DNA from: Candidatus Heimdallarchaeota archaeon
Lineage (GTDB): Archaea; Asgardarchaeota; Wukongarchaeia; Wukongarchaeales; JBHIFL01
Direction: 5' to 3'
Assembly (NCBI GenBank): GCA_046761065.1
Contig: JBHIFL010000002.1
Span: forward strand, 1 to 64,000
DNA: 64,000 nt
The notes beneath the pieces are model-generated. The model saw only the letters and a program-made list of their open reading frames with translations, searched no databases and had not been told where the DNA came from. Below, one piece after another: positions 1 through 11,320 of this stretch. The position numbers and the translations under genes are program-made. The first letter of the stretch is position 1; each line of letters starts with the position of its first letter.

Positions 1-589
1 GCTGGGAAAAATGTGCAAAGGAAACATTTGCTCTCTATGAGCGGCTTAGTTAAGTACCCATCATCCTGTCACTTTATATTTGTGTTGCGGATTGCACTTG
101 AAACCGCTTATCTATTTTGTAGAGATTCTTCATCAATTTAAGACATTATTGCTTCATATCCTTCAGGAATTAAGTTTTCTTGAGACTCCCAGTTTCCGTC
201 TTAAGACTATTTAGAATAGCCCTTCCGCTAAAATCAGAGTGGGAAAAACGAAATTTGACCACCTTTGTGGCGGCAAGGGCAGGATATGGGCCATTATACC
301 TGTTTTATCCACAAATGTTGCCAGACAAATGCTATATCGACATTCAACAAGTCAGTGCCATCATCCCCCGCAGGAAACACGATAAATCTTGTTCAAAGGA
401 ATTAAATCGAGAGCCAACAGATCATGGATAGTTATCTTTGCTTGAAACCCCTGATCTGAGCCTTCCTATCAATGTATATCCGCCAGTAACCCGCCTCGGT
501 CCGAAGCCGTTGAGTCTGCCTTCAATTGCCAAATTTACCGGTACTGCAAGTCACTTCCCTTTTCGAAAATCTCGATTGAAATCTGCTTA

Positions 590-784
590 TCAAATATTTC
601 CTCCAGCTCTCTTACCATAATTTGAGAAAGCTCGAATGAGCGCACATATTATCAAAAGAACAAGGGCTTCAAAAATCCATGATAAGAGAATCCAATCTAT
701 CCACCCTAATCCAATCGATTTAAAGAAGTCCGTAAGAGGCTTGAAGAGGTTTTGTAGGAACCCCGCTGTGATTCCTTGCACCAA
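590..784 (-). CDS. possible small membrane protein
   Basis: 64-aa ORF with an amphipathic N-terminus and one hydrophobic helix (WILLSWIFEALVLLIICALI); no family recognised. Confidence 0.4.
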   Translation of the reverse strand: MVQGITAGFLQNLFKPLTDFFKSIGLGWIDWILLSWIFEALVLLIICALIRAFSNYGKRAGGNI

Positions 785-1032
785 TATTTTCAGTCCTTCT
801 TGGGAATGACCTGCTCTTCTTATCGAGATTAGATGATGAGGTTTATTTAATTCTTTCTTAACGCTGAGGTGTTCGGTTGGAATTGTAGGGGTCTTGAGGT
901 GTTAGATGGAAGCGGGAGACAGCAAAACCATCTGTAGAGCAAAAAAACGCGCGGAGCAGGAAGCAGATTAAATCGATCCTTTACAAGAGTTCCGACTATC
1001 CAAACTTTCCTGAATTGATATGCTATCACATG

Positions 1033-1707
1033 TTAGGGAACGAAAAGAGCAAACGCTCTCACAGGAAATGCCGTTCCCCGTTCGAATTTGGGAGGAGCCG
1101 CAACAAAGTAGAACCCAGCGGGAGGCAGTTGATCTAAGTTACATAAATTCTCGACAATGGGAATGCCAGCGTGTAACAACCCAGTATGCGCGGGGCGGTG
1201 CCCATCACGGGGGTCATCAACCACTAGTCCATCGATCCCCACAAGGCCTACCGAGTATTCAACTAAGTACGTACCCCCGGAGGCATCCAAAAACGGATGG
1301 TCGCGATACTGCCTCGTCCCCCAGAATTTCGAAAAATCCGTACGCAGAAGGATAGCATGCTGAACTCGAATCTCCTGCCCCTTAAAAAACTTGGAAGCAA
1401 TCCCACTTCGTGGCGGGATTGTGGTACAGTCGATGACTTGCCCGGTGAGCACCAATTTTTGTAACGGGAGACTTGCTAAGTCGGCACCTTGTTCAAAAAA
1501 ATGAAAGGGAGCATCTAAATACGTTCCACAGGAGCCCATTAAGGAGTAATGGGACACTTCATAAGCAACATTTTCGGCTAATTGGCTCAACTGTTGACTT
1601 TCCTCCCTGGAAACACCTACCGTAAGTTTTGGAGCGTATTTTTCACTAAATACGGACATGGATCGTCCATTCACCGTCACGGTATGACTCAGATCGATCA
1701 ACTTCAT
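1033..1707 (-). CDS. cyclase family protein (kynurenine formamidase-like)
   Basis: MKLIDLSH start, GTYLDAPFHF (variant of HxGTHxDxPxH), VGID, H..LL..GIPIVENL, GTAFPVRAFA motifs. Confidence 0.9.
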   Translation of the reverse strand: MKLIDLSHTVTVNGRSMSVFSEKYAPKLTVGVSREESQQLSQLAENVAYEVSHYSLMGSCGTYLDAPFHFFEQGADLASLPLQKLVLTGQVIDCTTIPPRSGIASKFFKGQEIRVQHAILLRTDFSKFWGTRQYRDHPFLDASGGTYLVEYSVGLVGIDGLVVDDPRDGHRPAHTGLLHAGIPIVENLCNLDQLPPAGFYFVAAPPKFERGTAFPVRAFALFVP

Positions 1708-1844
1708 CCGAATCCCCTCTCGCATTATTCAATCTTGGTTTGCAATGAGCTATCCTAATTGAGTCTTCGCTCGTTTTCCAAGAACCTAAATATCTTACCA
1801 AATATTTAAGCAAACGTTTCAGATGGGGGGTCTCTTTTCAAGCT

Positions 1845-1866
1845 CTGACGAAAAGCTTTTTATCAG
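1845..1866 (+). promoter_or_regulatory. BRE/TATA-like element within an imperfect palindrome
   Basis: CTGACGAAAAGCTTTTTATCAG lies between the divergent cyclase and tail-tube genes. Confidence 0.35.
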
Positions 1867-1978
1867 AACGTTTAGTTCAACACGTAAGCCCGCCTAGCAT
1901 CCATGGTTAATGTAGCGAAAGGATAAAACGGGCGGTAACTAAGCTCAAACATGAGTATGAAAAGAGGTATGAAAGAAA

Positions 1979-2482
1979 ATGACACCGAAGTTCACTGTAA
2001 ACCCCCACAGATCGGACCCATATCGCAACTTCAAATTTCGCGTCATTTGGGATGGGCGACCCGTGGCCGGGATTACCAAGGTAAGCCCCCTCCAGCGTAT
2101 AACGGAGGTTATTGAATATCGAGAGGGCGGTGACCCCAGTCTCATCCACAAACTCCCGGCCCGGACCAAATACGCTCCGATCACCCTGGAACAAGGTGTG
2201 ACCCACGACACCGCATTTGAGGACTGGGCTAACTTGGTTCATAACCTTCAAGGCGATGCTGCCATGTCCCTCAAAAATTATCGCAAAGATATCATCATCC
2301 AACTCCTTAATCAACAAGGCACAGTCGTCAAAGCCTATAAAGTGTATCGCTGTTGGGTCTCAGAGTACCAAGCTCTGCCAGAACTGAACGCCAATTCCCC
2401 CACCGTGGCAATCGAACGAATTACCTTGGAAAATGAAGGGTGGGAACGGGACACTGAGGTCACTGAGCCCACTGAATCTTGA
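1979..2482 (+). CDS. phage tail tube protein, T4 gp19-like (eCIS Afp1/Afp5 type)
   Basis: DPYRNFKFRV, EVIEYREGG, KLP.RTKY..ITLEQGVT, RKDIIIQLLNQQG..V..Y, W...Y....LNA..TVAIE.ITL..EG motifs. Confidence 0.9.
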   Translation: MTPKFTVNPHRSDPYRNFKFRVIWDGRPVAGITKVSPLQRITEVIEYREGGDPSLIHKLPARTKYAPITLEQGVTHDTAFEDWANLVHNLQGDAAMSLKNYRKDIIIQLLNQQGTVVKAYKVYRCWVSEYQALPELNANSPTVAIERITLENEGWERDTEVTEPTES

Positions 2483-2567
2483 GAAATGCCCCCTTTCCGC
2501 GTCATAAGGGAACGAAACCATGTAGAAGTGCTCGGTTCCCTCGAAGAAATCATAGGAGAAACGTATA

Positions 2568-3203
2568 ATGCCCGCTCAAGAAGACCCAAATAAGCAAATT
2601 CAAAAAGATCCCCCGAGGAAAATCCCAACGAGTGCGACTAAGAGAAGACCGCCACCTAAGGTCATTGTGGACTTTATCTTCAGTGAGGGATTATTTTTCA
2701 TCTCCATAAAGAACATTGGAACTCAGCCCGCCTATAAGGTTTCCATCCGATTCGATCCCGAGATCAAAGGCGTTAGCGGCACCAAGAACATCTCCAAACT
2801 CCCATTATTCCGAAACATAGAGTTCTTAGCCCCACAGAAAGAGATAACTACCTTCTTAGACACAGCCGCCCTCTACTTTGCCCGGGAAGAGCCCACTAAA
2901 ATCGCGATAGATGTGGCATACCAAGATTTCCAGCACCGCCAATACACCGCAACGATAAAACATGACCTAGAAATCTATCGATCCCTTGGCTATATCACTC
3001 GCCGCCCCTTCCCCGAGGAACAAGGACGACTCCCCAGTTTTCCAGCCATATCAACAGATCGCGTAATTGAATCCCTAAAGGGCTCCCCGGTTCCGCAAGA
3101 AAAAACGACAACTCGCATAATAAAGGAAACCCGGCCATCTCGAGACTCAAAAGCTTTCGTTGTGACTCAATATGTCACAGAAGAGCGAATTGACTCGGAG
3201 TAA
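2568..3203 (+). CDS. hypothetical protein, probably beta-sandwich (Ig-like) core
   Basis: 211-aa ORF downstream of the tube gene; alternating beta-strand pattern including IKNIGTQPAYKVSI. Confidence 0.7.
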   Translation: MPAQEDPNKQIQKDPPRKIPTSATKRRPPPKVIVDFIFSEGLFFISIKNIGTQPAYKVSIRFDPEIKGVSGTKNISKLPLFRNIEFLAPQKEITTFLDTAALYFAREEPTKIAIDVAYQDFQHRQYTATIKHDLEIYRSLGYITRRPFPEEQGRLPSFPAISTDRVIESLKGSPVPQEKTTTRIIKETRPSRDSKAFVVTQYVTEERIDSE

Positions 3204-3596
3204 CCTTATAGTATCCGACTTGACAGCCGCAAATCGAGATGCTATATATTCATTTGCCTAAATATTGAGAGCTAGGCGATCACCCGTTTCCCCAGAGTTT
3301 TGACAATACCCTTGCCACTGCGATGAATTTCTTAAATAAAGAGGGAAAGTAAAAGAGTAATTACCCGGTTTCATTTCGATCGAGTTCCTCATATGAGATG
3401 ATCCCTTGCCCCTTTCAACCGACCATAGTGCTCACAACACAGAGGGATTAGACAAAAGGATTGTCTTATCCTACTCAAAGCCCTTTTTTCTGCTTCATCA
3501 GAAGAGCATTTATTTATGACTGCCACAACTTTAAGTAAATGGTATTTGGGAGTCCTGCTACCATAGAGGATTTAAACAGAACTGACAGTTCCTGTA

Positions 3597-5576
3597 ATGC
3601 CCTTTTCTGAGTTGACCGAATTGAATGAGATAGAGCCAGAAAAAACCCCTCGAGACCCTATTAAAATCATCCCGGATATCACTGCAATTATTTCGGGCAG
3701 CTTTGGCTTGTGGGTCATGGAACAGCTCCATGAAAATGAACCGGGGTCCTTAGTAGTCCTCTTGCCGCGTGCCCTTCTCGATGAAATTGAGCACCAAGCG
3801 AAGTTGGGACGCAGTGTCGGGTTTGTGGGCTTGAAGGAACTCAAAAAACTTCGCACCTTAGAAGATGACCTTCAACAGAACAATTCTTCTTCCACATCAC
3901 ATGAGGGGAAACCTCAATCTTTATCCATCCAAATCATTGAACGTCCGCTGAGTCCCAATACGGGGAGCGATAGCAACAGTACAACCCTTGATCGCCTTGT
4001 ACGACAGATGACAAAGAACCATGATGCATTCCTGTTTACCGTGGAGCCTACCCAAGCGGAATTCGCGACCTTCGAAAAAGTGCCGCTTATTCGGTTGTCG
4101 AAAAAACCCCGTTCCTCCGACTTCCTTACACTGGAGCAGTTCTTCACGGACGGGGTCATGAGTGTGCATCTCAATGAAAACTGTCCTCCGCGGGTCAAAC
4201 GGGGGCATCCCGGTGCCTGGCGCCTTGAAGCGGTGTCGAATACTCCCTTGATGCAAACCGACCTCGAGTTCCTGATTGCGGATTTAATCGGCCGGGCGAA
4301 ATCCGACCCTGACAAATCGATCGAGATCGAACGACGCGGCGCAACCGTGCTTCAGTTTGCCGATATGCGGGTGGTGATTGCCCAACCCCCCTTCAGCAAA
4401 GAGATCGAAATCACCGCCACCCGGCCGATCGTGAAACTTACCCTCGACGACTATGCCCTCTCGGGAAAACTCAAAAAACGCCTCCGGCGCCATGCTGAAG
4501 GCATTCTGATTGCGGGTCCCCCAGGCAGCGGCAAGACCTCCTTTGCTGCCGCCCTCGCCGAATACTTCGCTGGGCTCGAGCGGATCGTCAAGACGATGGA
4601 GCAACCTCGCGACTTACGGGTTCCCCCGCTTATCTCCCAATATTCCGCTCTTAATGGCGATATGGCCCTCACTGCTGACGTCCTCCTGCTTGTCCGCCCA
4701 GATGTCTGTATCTTTGACGAGATGCGTAAAACCAGTGATTTCAAAGTCTATGCCGACATGCGTCTGGCGGGAGTTGGTATGATCGGCATTTGCCATGCAA
4801 CCCGCCCCATTGATGGAGTTCAGCGCTTTCTTAATCGGGTCGAACTTGGGCTGATCCCCCAAATCATTGATACCGTGATCTTTATCCAAGATGGCGAGGT
4901 TAGGACTGTCCTTGATATCACCATCACCGTTAAGGTTCCCACCGGCCTTACCTCCGCCGACCTCGCCCGCCCCGTGCTTGAAGTCCACGACTTTCAAACC
5001 GGGACCCTGCTGTATGAGATTTACATGTTTGGAGAGCAGGTTTCCGTCGTGCCCGTAAAGGTCCGGGAAAACGGTGTCCTGGTGGCATTCGAAGAGAAAG
5101 AGCGGCTACTTCTCAAAGCCCTGAACCGCTTTGCGGACACGTCCCGGTTACAGGTGGAGATGATTGGTCCCAAACGAGCGCGCATCTTGGCTCCGTCATC
5201 TGACATTCGTCGCCTAATTGGAAAAGGAGGGAAGACTGTCCGCAAACTGGAGAAGCGAACAGGCCTGAAACTCGACGTCGAGGAATTATCTGCTGTAAGG
5301 GGACCGGACACTCGACAAGAACAGTTCCCCCCATACTCCGGCTTCCCCATCGAGGTCTCCGTGACCGACCGCCATCTCATCCTGAATGTCGGACCCGAGG
5401 AGGAGGGGCGACGTGTGCATATCCTAAATGCTGCCCAGCAGTCGTTGGTGATAGCCACCGTGGGTCGTGGCGGCGAGATTAAGATCCGGCTAGATTCTGA
5501 ACTGGGACAAATCTTAATGGAAGAACTGGATGAGCATAAGAGACTCTTCGCCCTCGATGAAGTTGATTCCTGGTGA
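3597..5576 (+). CDS. PIN-domain ATPase with KH domain (PINA-type Holliday junction branch-migration ATPase family)
   Basis: N-terminal PIN (IIPD, DEIEHQA), Walker A GPPGSGKT, DEMR, C-terminal KH motif LIGKGG. Confidence 0.9.
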   Translation: MPFSELTELNEIEPEKTPRDPIKIIPDITAIISGSFGLWVMEQLHENEPGSLVVLLPRALLDEIEHQAKLGRSVGFVGLKELKKLRTLEDDLQQNNSSSTSHEGKPQSLSIQIIERPLSPNTGSDSNSTTLDRLVRQMTKNHDAFLFTVEPTQAEFATFEKVPLIRLSKKPRSSDFLTLEQFFTDGVMSVHLNENCPPRVKRGHPGAWRLEAVSNTPLMQTDLEFLIADLIGRAKSDPDKSIEIERRGATVLQFADMRVVIAQPPFSKEIEITATRPIVKLTLDDYALSGKLKKRLRRHAEGILIAGPPGSGKTSFAAALAEYFAGLERIVKTMEQPRDLRVPPLISQYSALNGDMALTADVLLLVRPDVCIFDEMRKTSDFKVYADMRLAGVGMIGICHATRPIDGVQRFLNRVELGLIPQIIDTVIFIQDGEVRTVLDITITVKVPTGLTSADLARPVLEVHDFQTGTLLYEIYMFGEQVSVVPVKVRENGVLVAFEEKERLLLKALNRFADTSRLQVEMIGPKRARILAPSSDIRRLIGKGGKTVRKLEKRTGLKLDVEELSAVRGPDTRQEQFPPYSGFPIEVSVTDRHLILNVGPEEEGRRVHILNAAQQSLVIATVGRGGEIKIRLDSELGQILMEELDEHKRLFALDEVDSW

Positions 5577-5971
5577 AGTCTTAACCCTTCATGGATTAGT
5601 CCGACATCCAAGAATTCAACCTGGTCGAATCGAAGACCTGTAAATGCTTCAATCGTGTAGACTCGATGTTTATAGGAAGGGCGCAACCACTTAGGTGATG
5701 GTCGCCCCGGCAACAAAACCGATGGCAATGATTTGGCTGCGTTTTCAACCTATTCCGCCCCGTATTAGCGGCTCATCACAGTAGCGTCTCATCGCAACTT
5801 AATTAGTTGTGTGATGTTGTGAATGCCTCCCTTTTGTGTCCCCTACCCCTCCTTCCAAGGTTAATCCGTTTCTATTTCTCCCTTTATTCCTCTCCAACAT
5901 GTCTTAAAACAGGGTCGATGGGATTTATCGATCCTTTTTGGTTGTTCCTACTCTCTTGCCATTCGTTTCTC

Positions 5972-6595
5972 TCACACTTTGTAGAGCTCCTTAAATAGAT
6001 CGGCAAGCAATAAAATAACGAGCCCTTCCAGCCAAAACGGTCGAAATATCGTAAATGTGACGAACAACATCGATGAGCTGAAACGCACAAACAGGGATAC
6101 TAAGGTCGAATGCACAAAGTTTTCCCGCGTTGAGCGTTGGAGGTTTGCCTTGATTTTCCCCAACAACTGGGTTTTCCGATTGACAGACATAAAAAAGAAT
6201 ATGATGCCCCCAAACAGCCAAATTTGCACTACATATTGTAAGAGCCGCCAGACTTGGTCTCGAGCCACGTCTGGAAAGACCTGTATCGCTAATTGTGCCC
6301 AAAACACCAACCCAAAAAAAAGCACCGCAGTGTGGGCTACTGCTCCCAAGCCATACCGCGCAAGAGATCGCCCATCCTTGAGTACGTTGACTGCTGCATT
6401 GGCATTCCAGAGTGTCGAGGCCAAAAAGAGCAGGAGTAGCCCTAGCACTACTAACCGATACATGTGATAGGGGGCGATTGGGGGAAGTTGGGGCACAATT
6501 GGGATGGTCAGATACCAGATGAAGAACGGGATGTAGAGTGCCCAAACGGGCAGTAGATACCGCCAGATACTCATGTAACGAGTTCTTACGCCCAT
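5972..6595 (-). CDS. hypothetical multi-pass membrane protein
   Basis: 207 aa with about 6 hydrophobic segments. Confidence 0.7.
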   Translation of the reverse strand: MGVRTRYMSIWRYLLPVWALYIPFFIWYLTIPIVPQLPPIAPYHMYRLVVLGLLLLFLASTLWNANAAVNVLKDGRSLARYGLGAVAHTAVLFFGLVFWAQLAIQVFPDVARDQVWRLLQYVVQIWLFGGIIFFFMSVNRKTQLLGKIKANLQRSTRENFVHSTLVSLFVRFSSSMLFVTFTIFRPFWLEGLVILLLADLFKELYKV

Positions 6596-7216
6596 TTAAA
6601 TCCCTCTTTAGCTCTCTCACATACGTATCCTAAAAGAATAGCTCGTAGCGAACTTTCCACGCTTGCTTACGCTGTTCCTCTTAAAATGGTGAAAGCCCCC
6701 AACTAACCCTGATCCCAGTTGCGCATTTACGCGAAGTCTTTTAGTACAGTCCCCCAATTAACTCTTTGCATACGAGGTTTAATCGCCATGATTTTATTTC
6801 AGAGTTTGGAAATCTTTCCTTCCACTTACTCTTTAAGTGAATTCTAGATAAATGTCACAATATAGGTAATTACACAATCACCACTTACCACTCAACTAAA
6901 GCCTTAGTTGAGTATTGGTCGCATACCTCCGCTTAAGCTCTTTCCACGGATCTCCGGTCGAATCAAAGACTCCCCTTCAGCTTTAATTTAATTCAGTATT
7001 AAAAACACCTATTAAAAAACTCTAATTTTATAGGCTTTTCACCACTCAGAGGGGTATAACATCATTTATATCATCTTTTTCTAAACATGAAACGATTCTT
7101 CAGCGATGGCAGTGGTAATTTAAGGAGAAATAGACTTAAATGAACCTCCAGTGCTGAGGATTGAGGCACCTTCTCCTAGGACCACTGCCATTAAAAGCCA
7201 AAAAAAGTAAAAGAAA

Positions 7217-8998
7217 ATGAACAAAATTCAGAAACACCAGATCTTTGGACTGGTAACCCTTGGTTTGTTCGTCGGCCTGATCCTCACCTTAGTTACGCAG
7301 AGTACTCCATACCCATCCTACACCATCCCAGAGATCCAAGGCGATGGGTGGTCCACACCATATCCTTGGACGTATGTAAATACGACCGGCATTGTCACTG
7401 CCGATTTCCAAGCTAAAAGTAAGCGAGGATTTTTCCTTCAAGATCCCTTCGGAGATGGCAATGCAGCCACCTCTGATGGAATTTTTGTATACGAGCGTTA
7501 TAAACAAGTAAACGTCGGTGATGAAATTATCCTCGTAGGATGAGCCAGAGAATACTACGGGCTGACCGAGATAGATAGAGTGGTGGCCATTACGGTCTTA
7601 TCCACTGGTAATCCACTTCCAATGCCGATTGAGCTCGACCCACCGTTCGATGATTACGCTTCTAATGTCTACTTTGAGGCGCTCGAGGGTATGTTGGTCA
7701 CGGTTCCTGATTTAAAGATGGTAGCTGGCACCAATCAATACGGAGAGATCGCCGGGGTACTTGAAGACTTGGATATTGAGCGAGTGTTCCAAGATGACCG
7801 CGCTGGGACAGGGGAGCTGATCTTCGCAGATGATGCTGGCGGAGTTCGACTCGATGTCAAGACGGGAGACCTGGTCAAAGGGTTATACGGTCCGCTCGAT
7901 TACACCTATGATGAGTACAAAGTTCTTCCTCCCTACCATGCACCACAGCAACCGATCGTGATTCGAAAAGGGCATGATGACCCCCGAATCCCCCGCGGAC
8001 GCGGGCGAGATGGACTCTCTATTGCCACTTATAACATGTACAACCTCTTCGATAATATTAACGATACTAAAAAGGACGATCCTATATACTCTTACTGGAC
8101 AATGAAACGGTTGCTGTCGAAGCATGCGAACGCTATCTATAACAATTTGCGATTACCAGACCTTATTGCAGTGCAGGAAGTCGAGAAGCTCGAACTGTTG
8201 GAGGCTTTGGCAGACACCCCGCCGATTCCTAAGGATTACTATGGCGCTGTTCTCATCGATGGACCAGACACACGAGGGATTGACGTGGGATTGCTTTATC
8301 GGACGGATCGGGTAGAAATCCTAGAATACTATGCCCGACAGACGTGTACCAACCTGAATGATAGCTATGGGCCAGGCGTTGACCCTAATTACCCTTGTCC
8401 ACCATTGACAAACCCACTCTTCTCACGACCCCCCCTAGTGGTTCACCTCAAAATCTTAGACAAGAATTCCGACAAGTGGAAGGGGCACCACAACCACAAT
8501 GACGATGACGATAGAAAACCTATGGATCTGTGGCTAATCATCAACCACTTCAAGTCAAAAGGTGTATACCCACCATATTATGCGGACACAACACCCCGCC
8601 GCCTTGAACAGGCTGCGTTTGTCGGTAGCTTGGTGGACGAGATTCAGATAACGGATCCTGACGCGCTGGTGCTTGTGCTCGGTGATCTTAATGACTTCGA
8701 AAATAGCGCTCCCTTGGCTACCCTAGAAGCTAGAGGGCTACGCAACCTGATTTACGAAGTCGAAAAAGAAGATCGCTACACTTACATCTACAGGGGAGTC
8801 TCTGAAGTGCTTGATCACATGCTGGTCACCCCCTCTATGGAGGACGCAGTGGATGATGTCATAGTAATTCACTTCAATCCTGACTTCCCATATGCGGAAT
8901 ATCGCTATGAGTGGGATACTGGGATCTGGAGCTCTGACCATGACGTCCTGATGGTATCAATCGAACTTGATGAACTAGACGATGACCACGACGACTGA
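7217..8998 (+). pseudogene. secreted endonuclease/exonuclease/phosphatase-family nuclease (ExeM/YhcR-like) interrupted by one in-frame TGA at 7541-7543
   Basis: ORFs 7217-7543 and 7580-8998 share a frame; read-through gives ...VG*AREYYGLTEID...; signal peptide, OB-fold (TIPEIQG, GFFLQD, SDGIFVY), ATYNMYN, QEVE, GDLND, LDH, SDHD. Confidence 0.8.
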
Positions 8999-9281
8999 GC
9001 CACAAACTGCCAAGTAATGAACCATAAGTCCGAAGGGCCTAGCAAGACGAATTCACCTCGTTCAAATCCCTGGGCACCCTCCTGCCACAACCGCAGAAAG
9101 GGACACACCACCGGCTCAAAACCAACTTTTTTCCCTTTTTTCTACTGAAAAAATTCTGGTTCCTAATCATAGCTAGGTAACTTGTATTAGAATCTTTCAA
9201 TTTTCTGCATGAGCATGGAAAAAGTCGGAAGAAATATAATCACTCTCATTATGAAGGGGGATTTGATTGGAGTGGGCTTGA

Positions 9282-9539
9282 ATGGAATTTTCGGAGCACG
9301 TAAAGAAACGACGAAGTATCCATTATTTCACAGCGGATGAGGTCTCCCATGAGGATTTGACCTACATTCTAGAGGTCGCTAGTTGGGCACCGTCAGCGGG
9401 GAACTGTCAGCCATGGCGATTCATCATCAAGAAATCGGAAACCATCCAGATTCTAGGTTTAATGTTGATTGGTTATCCTAGCCTTGTAGAAAAATTGATT
9501 TCACCAACCATGAAAGGAAAAATCACATTCGAAGATTAG
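9282..9539 (+). pseudogene. internally deleted nitroreductase-family gene
   Basis: RRSIHYF and APSAGNCQPWRF joined almost directly to the C-terminal LIGYP; only 85 aa. Confidence 0.7.
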
Positions 9540-9623
9540 GATTATTATTATAAATATAAAACGAGTTAAAAAGAGTAATAGGAGAAAAAAAGAGAAAAGG
9601 AAAAGTTGAGTCCCTTTTCGGTT

Positions 9624-10928
9624 CTATCTTGATGTGACGTCTGTAACGATGCCCACCGATACGGTACGGCCCATATCGCGAATTGCAAAGCGTCCGAGCT
9701 GAGGAAACTCGGTGAAGCGTTCAACGCACATTGGACGGAGCGGTTGGATTTCAACGATGGCGGAATCGCCGGTTTTAAGGAAGGTAGGGTTATCTTCGAC
9801 TTTTTGGCCGGTGCGGCGGTCGATTTTTTCTTTGAGTTGGATGAGGGTCCCGGCTTGTTGAGCGGTGTGAGCATGGATGACGGGGGTGTAGCCTTGGGAA
9901 ATGGCGGTGGGGTGGAAGAGGACGAAGATCTGGGCGGTGAAGGATTTGGCAACGGTCGGGGGGGTGGAGGGGTGGGAGGCGACGTCCCCGCGGCGGAGGT
10001 CGGTGCGAGAGACCCCTTTGATGTTAAAGCCCACATTATCGCCAGGTTCGGCTTTCGGGATGGTCTCGTGGTGCATCTCGATGGATTTCACCTCCGCGAT
10101 ATGGCCCTCAGGCATGATCACGATTTCATCGCCGGCCTTGAGGACGCCGGTTTCGACACGGCCGACAGGGACGGTGCCGACGCCGGTGATGGAGTAGACG
10201 TCCTGGATGGGGAGGCGGAGGGGCTTATCGAGGGGTTTTTCCGGTTGGACGACCTGATCGAGGGCTTGGAGAACGGTGGGTCCGGTGTACCAGGGCATGT
10301 TAGGGGAGCGGTCGCGGAGGTTATCGCCCGTCCAGCCGGAGGTGGGGACGAAGAAGTAGTTCAGCTCGACATTGAGTTCGCGTTGGATCATTTGGAGGAC
10401 GTTCTCGACGTTGGACTTGACTTCATCAAAGCGGTCTTGGGCCCAGGGGGTCGGAGCGTCATCCATCTTGTTGATACAAACGATGAACTGGGTGACCCCG
10501 AGGGTAGCGGCGAGGACGGCGTGTTCGACGGTCTGGCCGCCGCGGCCGATGCCAGCCTCGAACTCCCCCTTACGAGCGGAGACGACGAGGATAGCGGCGT
10601 CGGCTTGAGAGGTGCCGGTGATCATGTTTTTGATGAAGTCACGATGGCCGGGGGCGTCGATAATGGTGTAATAGTATTTATCGGTCATGAACTTATAGAA
10701 CGAAACGTCGATGGTGAGACCACGTTCACGTTCTTCTTTTAAGCGATCAAGGGCCCAAGCGAATTTGAAAGTCCCTTTGCCCAATTGTTCGGCCTGTTGT
10801 TCGAACTGTTTCAGTTTCCGTTCATCAAGGGCCCCGGCGACATAGAGGACGTGGCCCATCATGGTGGATTTCCCATGATCGACGTGGCCAATGATAACCA
10901 GGTTCAAGTGAGGTTTTTCGGAGGACAT
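9624..10928 (-). CDS. tuf: translation elongation factor EF-1alpha
   Basis: GHVDHGKST, ERERGLTID, DAPGHRDF, NKMD, GRFAIRDMG. Confidence 0.98.
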   Translation of the reverse strand: MSSEKPHLNLVIIGHVDHGKSTMMGHVLYVAGALDERKLKQFEQQAEQLGKGTFKFAWALDRLKEERERGLTIDVSFYKFMTDKYYYTIIDAPGHRDFIKNMITGTSQADAAILVVSARKGEFEAGIGRGGQTVEHAVLAATLGVTQFIVCINKMDDAPTPWAQDRFDEVKSNVENVLQMIQRELNVELNYFFVPTSGWTGDNLRDRSPNMPWYTGPTVLQALDQVVQPEKPLDKPLRLPIQDVYSITGVGTVPVGRVETGVLKAGDEIVIMPEGHIAEVKSIEMHHETIPKAEPGDNVGFNIKGVSRTDLRRGDVASHPSTPPTVAKSFTAQIFVLFHPTAISQGYTPVIHAHTAQQAGTLIQLKEKIDRRTGQKVEDNPTFLKTGDSAIVEIQPLRPMCVERFTEFPQLGRFAIRDMGRTVSVGIVTDVTSR

Positions 10929-11320
10929 TGTAAGATTCGACCTCGTTTAATGAGTACAAGTAGGGAGAGATATCGAGAAGGAATTTTTATGTGTTATGAT
11001 GTGGAAAGACGGGGGAGATCAAGCGAGGTGGAGCGTCTGACGGGTGGAGGAGAGGGGAGAGGGGAGAGAGGTATGAATTTGCGTGGGGTAAGAAATGAGG
11101 TGGAGCTTGGAGCCAAGATAGCCGAGGTGAAGGCAGGAAGTCGATGGAGCGGGAGGATTGGGAAAAAGATAGAGAGGTGCCAGAAAGCCGAGGAACCGGG
11201 TGCAGGGAATTTTGTCGAAGGTTAGAGGAAGGCGGTTCAGGGAGTACCCGGAGTGGGAGGGAGAAGGATGAAGGAGCGGTCACTCCACAGGAAGGGAAGG
11301 AAAGGAAAGAAGGGGCTAGG

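Noticed and set aside
9001-9130. SECIS-like element (ATGA...GAA...GA) and a GTTCAAATCC T-loop-like sequence downstream of the TGA-containing nuclease
   Set aside because: The stem pairs poorly, the TGA is not at a Cys-equivalent site, and no cloverleaf can be built.
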